Source of the DNA: Phoronis australis
Lineage: Eukaryota; Animalia; Phoronida
Length of the DNA stretch: 64,000 nt
Assembly: GCA_002633005.1 (NCBI GenBank)
Contig: NMRA01000118.1
Location: 682,707-746,706, forward strand
Direction of reading: 5' to 3'
Part shown: in pieces, positions 13,701-28,700 of the stretch
How positions within the stretch are numbered: position 1 is the stretch's first letter
How the letters are laid out: every line of letters starts with the position of its first letter
The notes under the pieces: generated by a model
Seen by the model: the letters and a program-made list of their open reading frames with translations, nothing else
The model's database searches: none
What the model was told of the DNA's origin: nothing
Program-made: the position numbers and the translations under genes

Positions 13701-16700
13701 CACGCACGTTGTCGCGTAAGTTCATTAATAAACAATTTGACGCCACTGATGTGCAATAACACTACACTAAACTTCGACACAAGTTCAATATTTAATGCTA
13801 CAAAATGAGATTAAACTACCTAATAGTTTTGGCAAAAGGTTTAACCAAGTTTAAACAGAGTCCGACTTAGTTCTGAAACATTGACCAAAACGCCTTCGAA
13901 AAGATATTCTTTCAAATTCAAGTGACTACGTGAACTAAGTGCGGCAATTTCCATATCATTTTGTGATGTTTTTAAATTTCATTTTTCGTGAATTTTGTCA
14001 CAACCCAAATTTCCAGTCACTAGTGACTGCATTCATCGGGAGGAATAGTTATAAAAATGTAAATGTTTTTACCCAATAAGGAAGTTGACCACAAGCAATG
14101 ATGTTGCTCCACCGAAGAACGAACGAGCTCTCATTCACTGATCTAAGTCTGCATAAATCTCAGGGTTGCGAAGTCTTCACCGTCTGCTGTTCTATGTCTG
14201 TAGTGTCGAAACACCCTTCGGAATTGTACTTAAATCTGAAGTACTTACAAAAACTGCTTGCACAATTCTATAAAATTTGCAGATGATCGTTCATGTGAGA
14301 GGTGCTACACCAGCAACTATTGTATTGGTGATGGAGTACAGAAACCTTGCGGTAGATGTGACCCACCACAGGCAGGTTCCACGTGCGGTCGTTCTCCTAC
14401 AGAACATTCATTTGGTGCTGCCGAGGCCTGCGCAGTTTGTCCGAAAGGATGGGTAAGTCTAATCAATTGATATGACTGTTGATGGTTGCACCTTTATTCG
14501 GAAGAGTTCGAATTCGAGTGTTCAGTTTTGATTAGTGAAAAAATGTACAATTGTCACGGCTACATTTGGTATAGAAATGTTTCGGAATATGATAATGACA
14601 ATGGGTGTTTTGATTAACCCAGTTCCACCTGAATGAGGTTATATTTCTTGGTACAAGTGTAACAAAGATGAATCCTTCTAAGAGTTTTGTTTGTGAATCA
14701 TTGCTCACGTCAATCCTTTGGTTATCGAAAGTCGTCTCCGCAAATTAATCTTACAGAGATGTGAAAACGGATATGCCACGCCATCTCCAAAATATCACTA
14801 CATCGTATGTAATGAAAGCTATTGTCCAGATAACTTCACGCAGTGCGAGGCTGGCTATGCATGCCTTGGTGGTGTTCGACAAACGTGTCCTCCGGGAACG
14901 TATTCTAATGGAAGTTCTGGTAAGCCACATTGACTATTTCTTTGACGTCTATGCTATTGATATAACACAAGTATCCGTACCAGTCTAAAACAAATTGAAA
15001 TGCGGCTGAAAGCTGTTCTTTGTTTTTCGCAGAGGTATGCGAGATGTGTTTACCTGGTACTTACCAGAACGCGACAGCCCAGGATTCGTGTATCAACTGT
15101 TCACCAGGGTACACCAGTAGTACTATGAAAGACAGATGTGACCCCTGCCCAACAGGGTCATATTCCGCTGGTGATGGCACAGGGTGCAAGAAATGCGGTG
15201 GTGTAGGGGGAACAGACTGCAGGTGTATTGCACAGCCTTATCCTTGTTTCGAGAGTGAGTAGATGGAAGTATATTTTCTTAGGGGTTGATCTTTCTAATG
15301 GTTGCTCTGCTAATCTCAATGACACACTGCACTGGTAATACTTTCGTTGCTTGCATTCCACGCACATTCACCTCTTCAGCACTGTCCACAGGTGCCCCCC
15401 CCACTTCTGGACTTGATCAAAAGGCCACCAACTTGTTATTTTTAAGACTTCAACAGTCATTCTTTTTCTTCTTGAGACATCCTTAAATAATGTTGTGTCG
15501 TTGGATCTGCATATAATTTCATACTCTTTTGTTTGGGCAACGATGTTCAAATTTCATTACCACATTAGTTCACTTACGGAGGTATGACACAGTTTTATTT
15601 CATTGTTCTGTAAAAACAAATTAACTTCCTAATTTGGTAGCAAAGAAATATGGGTAACATGGAATTAGTTTTTCCATTGCAGATGCCTAAAAAGGTAAAT
15701 GTCACTTGCAATAAGGAGGAAATTTGCCTGTGGGTTATAGAAAAGTGACCTCTAATTCAATTATTCGTTGGTCCCTTTCGAAAACAGATTGATTTCGTTG
15801 TACGATGTCAGTTTACGATGTCGTAAAACAATGATTGCTTCACAGCTTTTCGGCATTGTGTGGAGCCTCCTTGAGTAATGTGCATGTACATGAAACACGA
15901 GGACCAGAAGTTGTCATGTCAAGTGCAAAGTAAATGCCAGGGAACAATGCATGCGTGTCTTGTTGTTTCAGGTGGCGACAACAAAGCTCCATGCCACGAT
16001 TATGAGAAAGACGACGGTTCCTTGTCATATGTTTGTGCGTCGTGTCCGGTAGGATTTGAAGGGGATGGCGCCACTTGTTCAGACATTGATGAGGTAAACA
16101 TCCGAGTACAAGAGCGTCGATTAGTGTCAGAATTTACTTGTACACGGGAGACTTCACTAAAAATTCGTGTCACTGGGAAACCCTTTCATAGGGGTTATGT
16201 GCTGACTGAATTATAGTTCACCATGATTTTGAAATGAATTTACGTGTATGTTGGAATGTAGGTTGTACACAAGTGTAGGCCTGGTGAAAGGCTTCACGAC
16301 TGGGCAACTAGAGCGACATACAGTGTATACGCCAGAACCGCCATACTATTCTCATGTTTTCATATAGATTTTAGAAAAATAAAAACGATCTGCGTAATAT
16401 TTCTCTACTCCATTCGTTTGGAAGCCATTTTACTCCGTTCAATGTAGATATGGTATATCTTCACTGGGAAACCCCATTTTAGAACAAAAAACCTGCTATC
16501 GTGAATTTGTGTCCATCAAATGGTCAGCGAAGACGAAAGTGCCATGAAGTGTCATGAAGTTTCAATCATGTTTTGCAGTGTTCGGTTTATTCACCGTGTT
16601 GGAATGGAACTACTAGTTGTATCAACACCGTCCCTGGCTACCAGTGTATGGCATGTCCGTTTGGTCGCAAAGGCACGTATGAAGACGCTATGGCCTGGGA

Positions 16701-19700
16701 AGTGAACAAGCGAGTGTTCGAGCTTGGCAATGCCGTGCGATCATCTCTTCAAGTTCAGTCATGTGAAGATGTGAATGAGTGTTTAACGGACAACGGCGGC
16801 TGTGATCCAATGGCAGAATGTATCAACACCGTGGTAAGAAGCTTGCACTCTTTTTATAAAAACAAAGCAAAGTTCGTAAACTAATGATAGAATATCTCAC
16901 ATGTATCTGTAAATTAGATCTTGTAATGATGCGCACGTTCTTTCTCCGATGGAAACGCCATCGAAATAACAGACTGGACTTCGATTTATGGCAAATGTTG
17001 GCTGTGGAGCGACGTCAATGTTAAAGCGGGCTTGTCTAAGTGCCGGTGGTAAAAACATATGTCAGTGTGGTTCATGTTGCCTACTTGGCGACATTATAGT
17101 GGTTAGCTACGTTTGGTTTGCAATACCTTACAGGGAAGTCGTTTGTGTGGATTCTGCGCCGAAAGATATATTGGAGATGGTTACACCGGATGTTATCCCG
17201 CCGACTACTGCGCCACAGGACAGCACAACTGTGATTCACAAGCCACGTGCTCTTACGTAGGACCTGCTGTTTTCAAATGCAAGGTATCCCCATGAAAATT
17301 GGGCTTTCAAATTTTAAAAAAATCCCATGCCACATAATTGTGAACCAACTGGTATTGTTATACATGTTGATGGGCTTCTGTCTGACTACATTCGTCATGG
17401 GCGTGCACCAGTTAATGAGGCAGTGTTGTAAGCTGTAGTACATAACAACTAGAAAATAGCATCTAGAAAACTGAAAGTCCACGCGTCTTCAAGAAAATTG
17501 TTTCGAGCAGTGATTGCCGTGGCAAGCTTATTCAGTTTTCCATTCATTAAAGTATGTTTACTAACACTGTGTTAGCGAACGTCATATTCCATTCAGTTTG
17601 GGACACGGGGAAGACTAGTCGATATGTAATTATGAAAATTATAAAACTAATTACAGGCTCGTGGTACACGCTATACCAGATGTACACGAGCTACTCGAGT
17701 GTACCCATTGCACTGGTCATCTGGCCCCGTTTTTATGCTTTATTAATGTACATAAAACCGATCTGAGGAACTATAAACTTGACTTAAGGGTCTAGTGGTG
17801 TGCCACACTAGAACTCGAACCCAAGATCACGTGTAAAGGAAACGGGCACCTGTCTCGCAAAGTCACAATTCCTGTCTTATCCTGTAGATTTGTAATCAGA
17901 GAAAAACGTAATGTGTTGTACAGATATCATGTGGCACAGGTAAATGTTCTAGGATGTCACGCAAACGTAGTACTACTATTTTCCAACATTTTGTTTACTG
18001 ATATTAGAAAAATACTGTACTTCTTTCAAGAATAAAGTACCACAGGATTTGATTTTAGGACTGCATCGTACTTTAGTTATCATTTCTTCTGTGTCGCATT
18101 TCAGTGTCGAGACGGTTATGCTGGCGATGGTCAGTACTGTGGCCTTGACCCTGACTTGGATGGCAGGCCCAGTGTTCCTCTTCCATGCAGCGACCCCTCG
18201 TGTAAACAGGTATTTTATCCATTGCACGGTTGTTTTGCATTTTCTTCAAATATCTTGGTGGTTCATAATTTATAGTAAGATGAAAAGTGACTTTGATTAG
18301 CAAATCTTCGCAAAGAATACCAGTTGCACTCGGAAGGTTCAGCTTTGGAAAAGTCTTGCTAGCTACACGTAACTCTTGACTGGATAACTCCAATATCGCT
18401 GACAAGTAACCAATACTTTATTGTGTAGGACAACTGTCCACAAGTTCCCAATAGCGGACAGGAAGATGCAGATTTGGATGGGGTTGGTGATCTTTGCGAT
18501 GAGGACGATGACAATGACGTCAAACCTGACGCCACGGTAAGAACATCATTTATTTGACTCACGCAGCACATCAATACAATTGCGTGACAGCTGAAGTGAG
18601 ACGTGGTGTTGGGGAGTTACTCATGTTAATATCTAAAAATGCTTTGATGCCATGCTATTAGATTTTTTGTTCCGCGTCGTAAATCCCATAGCTCAAATGG
18701 GATATTTGTAAGAACGATCACGTACACGTATATTTGACTTCATAGTACCGTGTTTTCCGATTGCGCGCACGACGTTTCATACGATAATTGGAAGACTGTA
18801 CAAACATTCCGATGAGTCGTATACATGTATGACTTCATGTGTTGCCATGATGGTTTCTGTGGAGGCGCTGAGGCGGCGCTACTGGACTCGGTGTGCATCT
18901 CGTTTTCATGTCATGTGAACAATTCAAGCACTTTCACTAGGTTTGGCGTCCACAGTGCATGACCAACGAACCTGTGTGAGAGCACCTAACCACCCAAAAT
19001 CGGTGTCGATTGTGAGGTGGTTAGGAATATGGATATGTGTCGCTGGTGAACAAACCGGCTAATTGCACCATATCTTGGAAACATCAATATTGATAAGAAT
19101 TAGCCTGCTTGTCAGCATTGCCAATAACCAACACAAAAAACACAAGGCGTTGTGAGATTTTGTCAGATTCCTTACTAGATATAAGAACAGTCTTTAAATG
19201 AAAAAAATCCCACTATTAGAAATTCTTATGAGTCAATCTTGTTTTGGTATTCTTGCGCATTTGCGGAAGGCGTAATGTGTGTTGTTAGCCTTCGTCTAAG
19301 CTAAACACCAGATAAGAAAATAACAGGGGACATTGACAATAACCTGTTTTAATTGGCATGTCCTTATACATGAACAGTACAAATACGGACATTCGACTGA
19401 AAAATGTTGTGTTTACGTTACAAGGAATGCTTGGTTATCATGAGTGTGTTGTTCATGATACATTACGTATGGTAATTACAGAGGGATGCATGTTAGTCAA
19501 CCCTGCTTTGCAGATTTTGCTCGCATATGCATTCGTAGTCATGAAGGGGCAGCAATTGGTTAGCAAGGCCCCAAGTAGAGAGAGAGAGTCGGAGCAAAGG
19601 CGTATCCTGTTTGAAACGCCTAGTCGCGTACATCAGCGACTCTTTAGCTACTAAGTCGTGGCGGAACACCCGTTTACGCAATCCTATGAGTCCTATCGAT

Positions 19701-22700
19701 GTCAGTTTTGTATACAATTAGTTGGAGATAGACAGGGCTTAACATTGGTTGTCTATTCCAGGACAACTGCATCCTTGTCTATAATCCATCGCAAGCTGAT
19801 GCTGACAATGACGGTGTAGGAGATGCGTGTGATAACTGCCCGTCGAACGCCAACACTGATCAACTGGACACTGATAAGGATGGAACCGGTGACGTTTGTG
19901 ATACAGACGATGATAATGATGGTAATCCTTTATACACCAAAAAGAGTTGTAAATGAAGTACAGGCCTGGAACTTACTTCAAAATTTTTAATGTTTAAAAT
20001 CTGTGTAATCCACGTTTGATGGAATAATGTTGTCATATGCATTAAATGAGGCCAACGTGTTAAAGCTTCAAAACCATGAGGTTCTGTGTCAGTGTTTTCA
20101 AAATATTATTTTTCAAGTTAAATTATTTGCATGGCGTGTGTAGTAAGCAAGCTGTATGGTCCACTCCGCTTCTCATATTTTGCAGTACAATAAAGAACAG
20201 TAGCAGACCAACGACCCACTTTTGAAACTTTTGATAAATCAATCTCGTATGCTTCAGAAAAGAATCTGAATAGTGAATATTGGAAAGAATTGCACATTTC
20301 CCATTTGTCGCGTAGGTGTCCTTGATGGTGCCCCCGACAATTGTCCCTTTATACCAAATGCCGGGCAAGAAGATGCTGATGGCGATGGCGTTGGTGATGC
20401 CTGTGACAACTGTAATAATACGGCCAATGCCATCCAGAATGACGCGGATCAGAATGGTGTCGGGGATGCCTGTGACTCGGCTTCAAACAGAGATAGGTAA
20501 ACATTTGCCCTATCATTTACTTCAATACTCATGCGTAACATTTGGACAAAAACTTGTGCTCTTAATAACCATACAGTGTTTTTAAATGGAATTCTCATAG
20601 AACCACCGTTCAGTGCTATTACTGAGGGCAAAATTGTTGCGATAATAACTTGACTGTTTGGTTTGTTAAAGGGATGGAGACAGTATATTAGATTCCATGG
20701 ACAACTGCCCGTTTGCATCGAATGCCGAACAGACAAATATTGACGGGGATAGTAAAGGTAAGAATTCTGTTACACTACGATCATTGAAGCTAGGTCCACT
20801 GCACAGTTGAACGATTCCGGACTGATTTCCGACCTATATGAATTATCGAGGTACACAAAGCCATGCCTCACGTTTGAGGCACAAATTGTAATGCTTACTT
20901 TTATGAAAATAAGACTTGAGAGAGCAATACTATAAAATCCATTTAGTTACCACACAAGAATCCTATTTTGAAGTAAAACGGATGTGTGTTCTTGTTTACA
21001 ATCGAATCACCCCTGTTATCTTTGCAGGTGACATGTGCGACGACGATTTGGATGGTGATGGCAAACTTAACAATGTAGACAATTGTCCCTATTTCTCGAA
21101 TTCTGGTCAGGAGGATGTTAACGGTGAGACGTAGGCTGATATGGTTTGATGCTGTCCATTATGTTGTTATGGTGTCAATTTAACAATATGAATCTGCTCT
21201 ACCTACATGTACATGTAATGACCACGCTGTAAATCGTGAACCGAAGTTACTTTTTTATTGCGTTTTAAGTATTATTCTGCTTTGTTTCTAGTATGAACTC
21301 AAAAATATAGAAAATTATTTCGTTCACCAATACATTTTTTGCGTCAAGGTATTAAAGACAGGAACAGAGCAGTTCCTCTAAATGACTCTAAACTATAGGT
21401 CTACAATGGAAATGAATATATCAAGTCAATTGCCGTTCAACACAATTTGAGATTCTTCAATGGTAACCGCATTTCGTGTGTTGAAAGTTGCAGTCAAGTT
21501 GTGCATATCTATATGCATGTACATGTCGTTTTCAGGTGATCGTATTGGTGACGCCTGTGCCGAAGACACCGATGGTGACGGCGTTGTGGACAAATACGAC
21601 AATGCTGTGAAAAATCCTCTAATCAGCAATACCAACTTGACAGATCACATCAGTGTGAAGCTTTATCCCTCCATGACGAACGCTCCCAGCCCAACATGGC
21701 AAGTCCTACACAGTGGCCGCGAGATCCGTCAAACAACAGTGACTGCAATGCCCGTGATGTACATAGGTCAGTTGTTCAACTGTTGTCACTGGAATCGTAC
21801 ACATGTATGTTACTTGGAAATGGAAAGAATTAAACGGGACATGGCCAATTTTCACTGTGTGTTATGGGACTAACCTTTCGATTGGCGGACAACAAGATAT
21901 CAGCGTGTGTGATATCGTTGTCGAGCCTTGGAATTACATGTATGACTTGTGTCATTGTCTACCAGAATAAAATATAAAGGCTTGTTTTATGCGAGCCAAT
22001 ATTGGGTTCCCATGCTGTTCAAGGGATCAGGTCTTATTTTGGGGTTTACATAACCGGGAATTTTATCCGGTGATTGGAGCAGCCAAAATTATGTTTTTTT
22101 TTTCTGGCCCTCTGGCGGTTTTAATTTAACTCTTTTTGTGTACATGCAACATAGGAACCAAAACCTTTGGACCGGTCGAATTCAGCGGCACACTGTACGT
22201 GGACTCGGACACAGATGAAAACTACATCGGCATGGTGTTTGGCTATCAGAACAACAAGAAATTTTATGTTGCGATGTGGCGCCATAGCAACTATAACTAT
22301 GGAAACTACAAAGCTGGAATAAAGGGTCTTCAACTCAAGGTTTGTTTAAGAGGCCTTGTGGTCCCTTGTTTGTCTCAAAGCCGCAGAGCAGTCGTTCTCT
22401 TCGACATTGACTAATTTGTAAAAGATTAGTGTATTACAGTTTATGTTAAATAATTGGTTACTTAATTTTAATAACGTTGGGCAAGCATACTGTTTTTGTT
22501 ATTAACCTTAAATAATAGGTCACGACATCAAATTTCCCAATGACATCATTTTAAACATCAGAACCGGCATGAACAAAAAAGGAGGTATCATACTTATTTG
22601 ACCCAGTAAAACATCGCAATTTCAACGACGTAACACAATCGACGTCAAATGAAATGTGACAGGGAATTCCTGATCTTTACATTGGGGTTCTTTTGAATGT

Positions 22701-25700
22701 CAAATTGTTCATTCTTATCTGACGATGTTTGGGGTATCATAGTCCGTGATCCCCCATTTAAAAGTTAAATAAATCAGTAAGAAACAATTTTAGGGTGTAA
22801 CTGCTCTGTGAAAGATAAAACACTAAAATACGAGATACTCAAAATCCGGAAAGACTTTTGCCTAAAGCGGCGGAAAAAACAGTAAGCGAGAAATATATTG
22901 AAACCCGTTTTAATGGCTTTCAACACATAAAATTAGCTAGCATCGTGCAACGATGTTAATCTACTTTCAAATGTTTTTTATCATTTATTTAATAAACGTT
23001 GGTCTTTCAGTATCCCTTGTAAATTTCTTCTAGAAGTGCTTTTGTTTATAAGCGGCCCAACGGAAAAACATGTCGGGTACCCCCGCTTGGAGATTTGCAA
23101 TATTTTAGACCATAATAAAAATATCAGCAAAATTGTGTCGAACCCACTTAAAGCCATTTGGAACACCTAAATTATTTTCGAAAGAATTCCGAATGACTTT
23201 AGGATGTTCTTCATTGTTTGCCAGAAGGCGATCGTTGTTCTAGGACATAGCTAATGAAAATTTGAATATTTTTATTTCAAATAACACGCATTTAATATGA
23301 AAAAATAATGATTTCGAGTGTTATAATAGCCTTAAGTAAATTAGTTCAAATTTTACAATGACGTCATACTAAACAGCATATACACCAATACGAGAGGAAT
23401 GGAAAGAAAACACCAAGGAAAAAATAAACAGTGACCAAATTGTTGTGGAAGCCAAAGCAATAAAATACATGTACAAATGTATGACCTACTCAAGTTCCAG
23501 AAAAAGAATTACTCATGCCGACGTAAGAGAACGAGTAAACCGGGAAATAGAATCGAAGCCGTCACACCTGCCACTGTGCAACGAAATTAATTTGTTCTCA
23601 ACAATATTTCGATCATTAATCAAATTAGAGATAGATAATTCTGTGATAAATGTGAAGTTTGGCTTGTTGCCATAGGTGTCTGTGCTTAGGCGGGTGTTCA
23701 GTTACAATGCCTCTGCTTTTGTAGATTTGTAGTAGGCAAAGACCAAAATGTAATTTAATACACATTTTAAAAAAATCAACGATAAATCAAAATTGTGTTG
23801 AACCTCCTTAAGGAAGTATTTTCATGCTCCTAACTACGCTAATGTATACCAGGAACTAAATGGCAATGCTATTTCAACACCATCTACACTATACAAAGTG
23901 CAGTTTTAGTCAATGACAATATGAAAATGTGAAAACAAAGAAATCTGCAAATAGGTGACCTTTGAAATAATGACGTACTTTGGGGGATCACACAACCTGC
24001 ATCATGCAGTGTTATTCCCCAACACCACATCTCGATAATAACTGGACACGGTTGAGTTATTTACCGCGGATCATGTTTGACATAGAACTCCTTAACATTT
24101 GGCAATTTTCAACCTCCTTCATATTCACTTCATCGCTATATGCTGTGCTTCTAACTGATTTCACCAAGCAATCGCAGAGTTAAGGAATTGTTGAGAAAGT
24201 TCCACAAGCGGTTACAAATGCGCTTTCCACCGCAAAAACAGCACTAAATATTATTCAATTAGTCTCATCGTGCTCTTTACTGAAAGTTATTTCTGGGCTG
24301 AGAAATAATGGCAATTCGCTATTGTTTGAGACCATGATCCACAAGTTGACAAGTGTCATGGCATTTTATTCGTAGTGCATAATCTGGAGAAACTCATGTA
24401 GCAGTGTTAGTTCTTTGCAAGACCAAAAATCACTTCTCATCTAGTAAAGAACAGGTGTAAGTGTAGTGGGGCTTTATACACGAACCTGAAGTGTTGTCAC
24501 AGATATTAAGATATAATAATTTGTGGAAAAACGTATGTCTGACATTAGGTAAACTTCAATATTGGACGCAGGTAGATACAAGTATGTTGGATAACTTCAT
24601 GCGCCTTAAGCGTAGTATAGCTACTGCCTTGCATAATAGTACAATTGTCAGTATAATTTCAACATTAACAACATGTCCAAAGGCGAGTCACAAGTTTTAT
24701 TACTGGTTCCTAGCCTGTCTGGACTTCAGATGAGTATTACTTTCGCGCATTTGCGTTGAAGAACGCTATGCAAATCGTTGTCAACAAAAGTACGTTATAC
24801 AGTACACCATGTATGGTACTTCGTTTTCGAGCCCTTGGAATTTTATGTTCTTTTATTCATTACATATTCTTATGCGTTCCCATTATTGATTAATTACAGC
24901 TGGTGAACTCAGCTACAGGTCCTGGTGCGACGCTCGCCGAGGCTCTCTGGCACACTGATGACACCACCAATGAAGTGTCGCTGCTGTGGCACGATCCCTT
25001 GATGCAAGGATGGCAGTACCGCACACCGTACAGGCTTCATGTGACACACAGACCCTCTGTTGGACTGATCAGGTACGTCGCCACGCTGTTCGTTGTATTG
25101 CTATTGTTAGATCAGTCGTTGGTGAGAGGTGAAAAAAGAACATCTGTACATTCATGTTAAGGTTTAAATCAATTTGTTCGATCAATCTGAAACAAACGAG
25201 GGCAGAATTCAAAACTTATCATTGTTATAACCAAGTTCGAAGCATGATAATAGCCATGCACAATGTATCAGTCTCTGGCAGATGTGTGATATCGTTGAGG
25301 AACTACCCAGTAACACAGATGTATTCATGGCCAGTAGAGTGACTCACTGTGACGAGCCAGCTTTTGAGCGTGATTAGCAGGGTCGGCGTTTTTAGTCTGT
25401 GAAGGCTGTCCGTAGTTAAATCCGCCTATGACGCTTCATTTAAGCATTTTACCTCCCCAGTGTACTTTAATTGGCGCGACTTCCTGAATGAAATTCCAGA
25501 CTAAAGCTTGTCAACGGAGATGGAACAACTTTGACAGAATCTGGCGACATCTACGACACTACCATCAGCGGTGGCCGTCTGGGAGTGTTTGTGTTTGGCC
25601 AGAGAGGAGTCACGTGGTCAAATCTGGAATATTCTGTGACAGATCGTGTGAACAATGCGCTGCAGTTTGATGGATCCGACGATTACGTGGAACTGCCGCA

Positions 25701-28700
25701 CATAGTCACCATGCAGCTGGAAGACAGGTGGGTGACATTAACATCCTCGGAAAAACCCCCTTCTCACGTTGCCTTTACCTACAGGTACTTTCATGAGCAA
25801 TTAGGCAGTTACCTGGGCTTAAATATATTTTCACGGATTACATCACAGGAGCACATCTATTTGTAATGATGGCTGTAGTAAGACACTAACACTTTAAAAC
25901 AATATTGTTGCAGTTTCACAATAGAGGCTTGGGTGTCTCTCCTACCATCATACCCAACAACCAGAATGCCCATTCTGTGTACGCTAGATGGCGCACTGTG
26001 CATGTACATAGACGGCGGAAAGCTCAAAGCGACTATCAACAATGTCACAGTGGCAGGGACAAGTGTGCTACCAGAACTCTTCTGGAGCCATCTTACAATG
26101 AGATACGGTTCAAAAGGTACGCTTTTCGACCAGCACTGTCAATTTGAATTAAACAACTGGATATTATACTCTAAATTTTACAATAAATATTAATTATTTG
26201 TTCATAAACGTGTGATTTTGAGTGCCATTGAAACCTTATTGCGTTAGCGGGTTCATATTAGTTGTGTTTTAAACTATTTCAGCCCAAACTCTCACAATCT
26301 TTGTGAATGGAACAAGTGAAGGCGAGATCACAACAGTGCCTACCGCAACTTGGGTACGTTAGGATTCAAACTGTTGTAAGGTCCAACCGATCTTCTCGTC
26401 TAGAAAACCGACTTGAATGAAAGTCTAATTGATTATTATGTGTCTAAACATTTCTTCAAGAAAGGGCGTCTTCACAATACGACCTACAAGATTGTTGCTA
26501 TGTTTTCTCGATAGCTGTTCATTTCGCTAGTCTGCACTTGCTTGCCAAGCAATTCTCGTTTCACTAGCATGGTTTGGTTGACGCAGTGTGTTTTCACCAC
26601 ACTAGCTAGAGAATGGAGTTAATACAGGACACACACTTGTTTAATTTTTGAAACTATTTTTGGAACTGGTAGATTTCTGGGTTGAATTCCCTGCTGTCGT
26701 TTTAACAGTAAGCTACTGTAGATGAAGATGTCACCTCTGTCGACCGCATTGCTTCAATTTGTGGAGGAAAACCGGATGATCACATGCATTCCAAGTAACA
26801 ATTCTGTTCAAGGTTATGAGAACCAGTTAATGGCAAGTCTGAAAGTCAGCACATTCGATGAAAGCAAAAATTCTGTGGAATGTATGATTTTATATCAGCC
26901 TGCCACCAATAAGGTCACGTTATTTTGAAGTTTATGAAAAATTAGGAAAAAAGAAAGGTACTTCCATTGCAAAACAACAGCAAATTTCGTATGATACAAA
27001 TGGTCAGTCGTTTAAATCACAAAAACGCTGTTACAATTTTCTGTTTTATTGTTTCGGTTTCTTTCTATGCAACTCTACTTTGTCATGAAAATCATACACG
27101 TGATATTAGTCTTAATGTGGGATAGTTCCTCATGTAACAGTGGAGCCATTTAAAACTTACCCCTAACAGAGTTTTGGAGAACAGTGTATAAATATAGGCT
27201 ATCCCAGATGAAATGAATTCAATTTAGGATATTGCAGTAGAATTCTTTTGTATGTACATGTAGGATATCCAGTTTATCCCATATATAGGGACATATATAG
27301 GAACATATTTACATCGCAGCCATGTGCTTTGGCTTGTTGTTATTTTCCATGGCCACATTCACACATGTATACGATAAATATAAATTATTCCACCTACATC
27401 GGAATGCTGCTGCCATGTCCTATGGAGGATTCATTCCATCTGGGAATATCCCAAGTTCGTCTTAATCTTAGATACAATCCACAAGGAAATATAAAATTGA
27501 AACTTTAACTGATACAACAGCAAAACTAGAACTGGACAACAATAACAAATTCATCGGAGCTAAAACTGTATTGATGCACACATGTAGCTGTCCAGATAAT
27601 GCTTCAAATTTTATATTCCCGTATGTATTGTTTCTAAGTTTCCGAGGGACTTAGGACATTCCCAGATGAAAAAAATCTTGATAGGATAATGGCAGTAGTG
27701 TTCCTATGTTTATGAAATAACTACTGTATGTATCTGGAAGTTTCGCGTGAATCTGATCAGCTATTTCTGAAATACGATGTCCGAAGTTGGCCATTTTTCA
27801 TGTGTAGGGTCTTACATATTCTTGAAGTCTGGAACGATATATCTTCACCTGCATAGCGATTCAAAATTGATATGAAAACAACCTAAAGATAAGCGGTGAG
27901 CAAAAGAGAAGCGAAACGGTGCAGTGGTGAATAGTTTGCATGTATGTTATATACCACGTTCTATGTAGTGAAACAAGCACGTCCCTGCACAGGTCCTTCA
28001 GTATTCCAAATGACTTTGTCTTAGTGCTAAGCGACTAATGTGTCTTTTAATATCTAATTCCAGAGCACAGACACGTCCACCAACATCACTCGGCTCTACC
28101 TGGGAAGGGACAAGAATAGTTTCTTTGCCGGCATGATGGATGAGGTACGTAGTCGTAGTAGAAGTCGGTGTTATATTGTTAGTGAAGGAAACATGTCTGG
28201 CTTGTTTGTATTCTCCTATCTTTCGAATTGAAATAGTTCATGGGACTTCCCTGTACTTGAATTTTTTAATGTCGCCTGTAGGTTAGTAATAGGGTCCATT
28301 TTTAACAGAGGATGATAACCACTGGTATGAAATTTACCAATACAGTAGCGGATTTGGGGGGACAAATTGCTGGATCCGACCCTGAGAGATAATGATTTTC
28401 TTAACCCAGGAATGTGATTAATGTATTGAAAATATGCGTAACTACATGTGCGGTGTAAATTCTGATGGTTCCTGTTTCTGATGGTTTCTGTATTACGTTT
28501 ATAGGTTCGAGTGTACGGTATTTGGATACCAAACAGTGAAATAAACGATCACATGCAAGAGATCGGGCTACAACGTCAAGTCCACATGGGCTACATTCAC
28601 GCGCATTATGACATGGACGAAAACTCCGGAAAAACTAAGCTGAAAGACAGCGGAATTATGGGTAACGACGGCGTCATCCATGGAAACCCCTTGTTTGTTG

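Noticed and set aside
22440-24480. Possible Kolobok-type element in the long TSP_C intron (end gtgttgaacctccttaa, similar at about 58000)
   Set aside because: Only one end was recognisable; boundaries and TSD could not be fixed.
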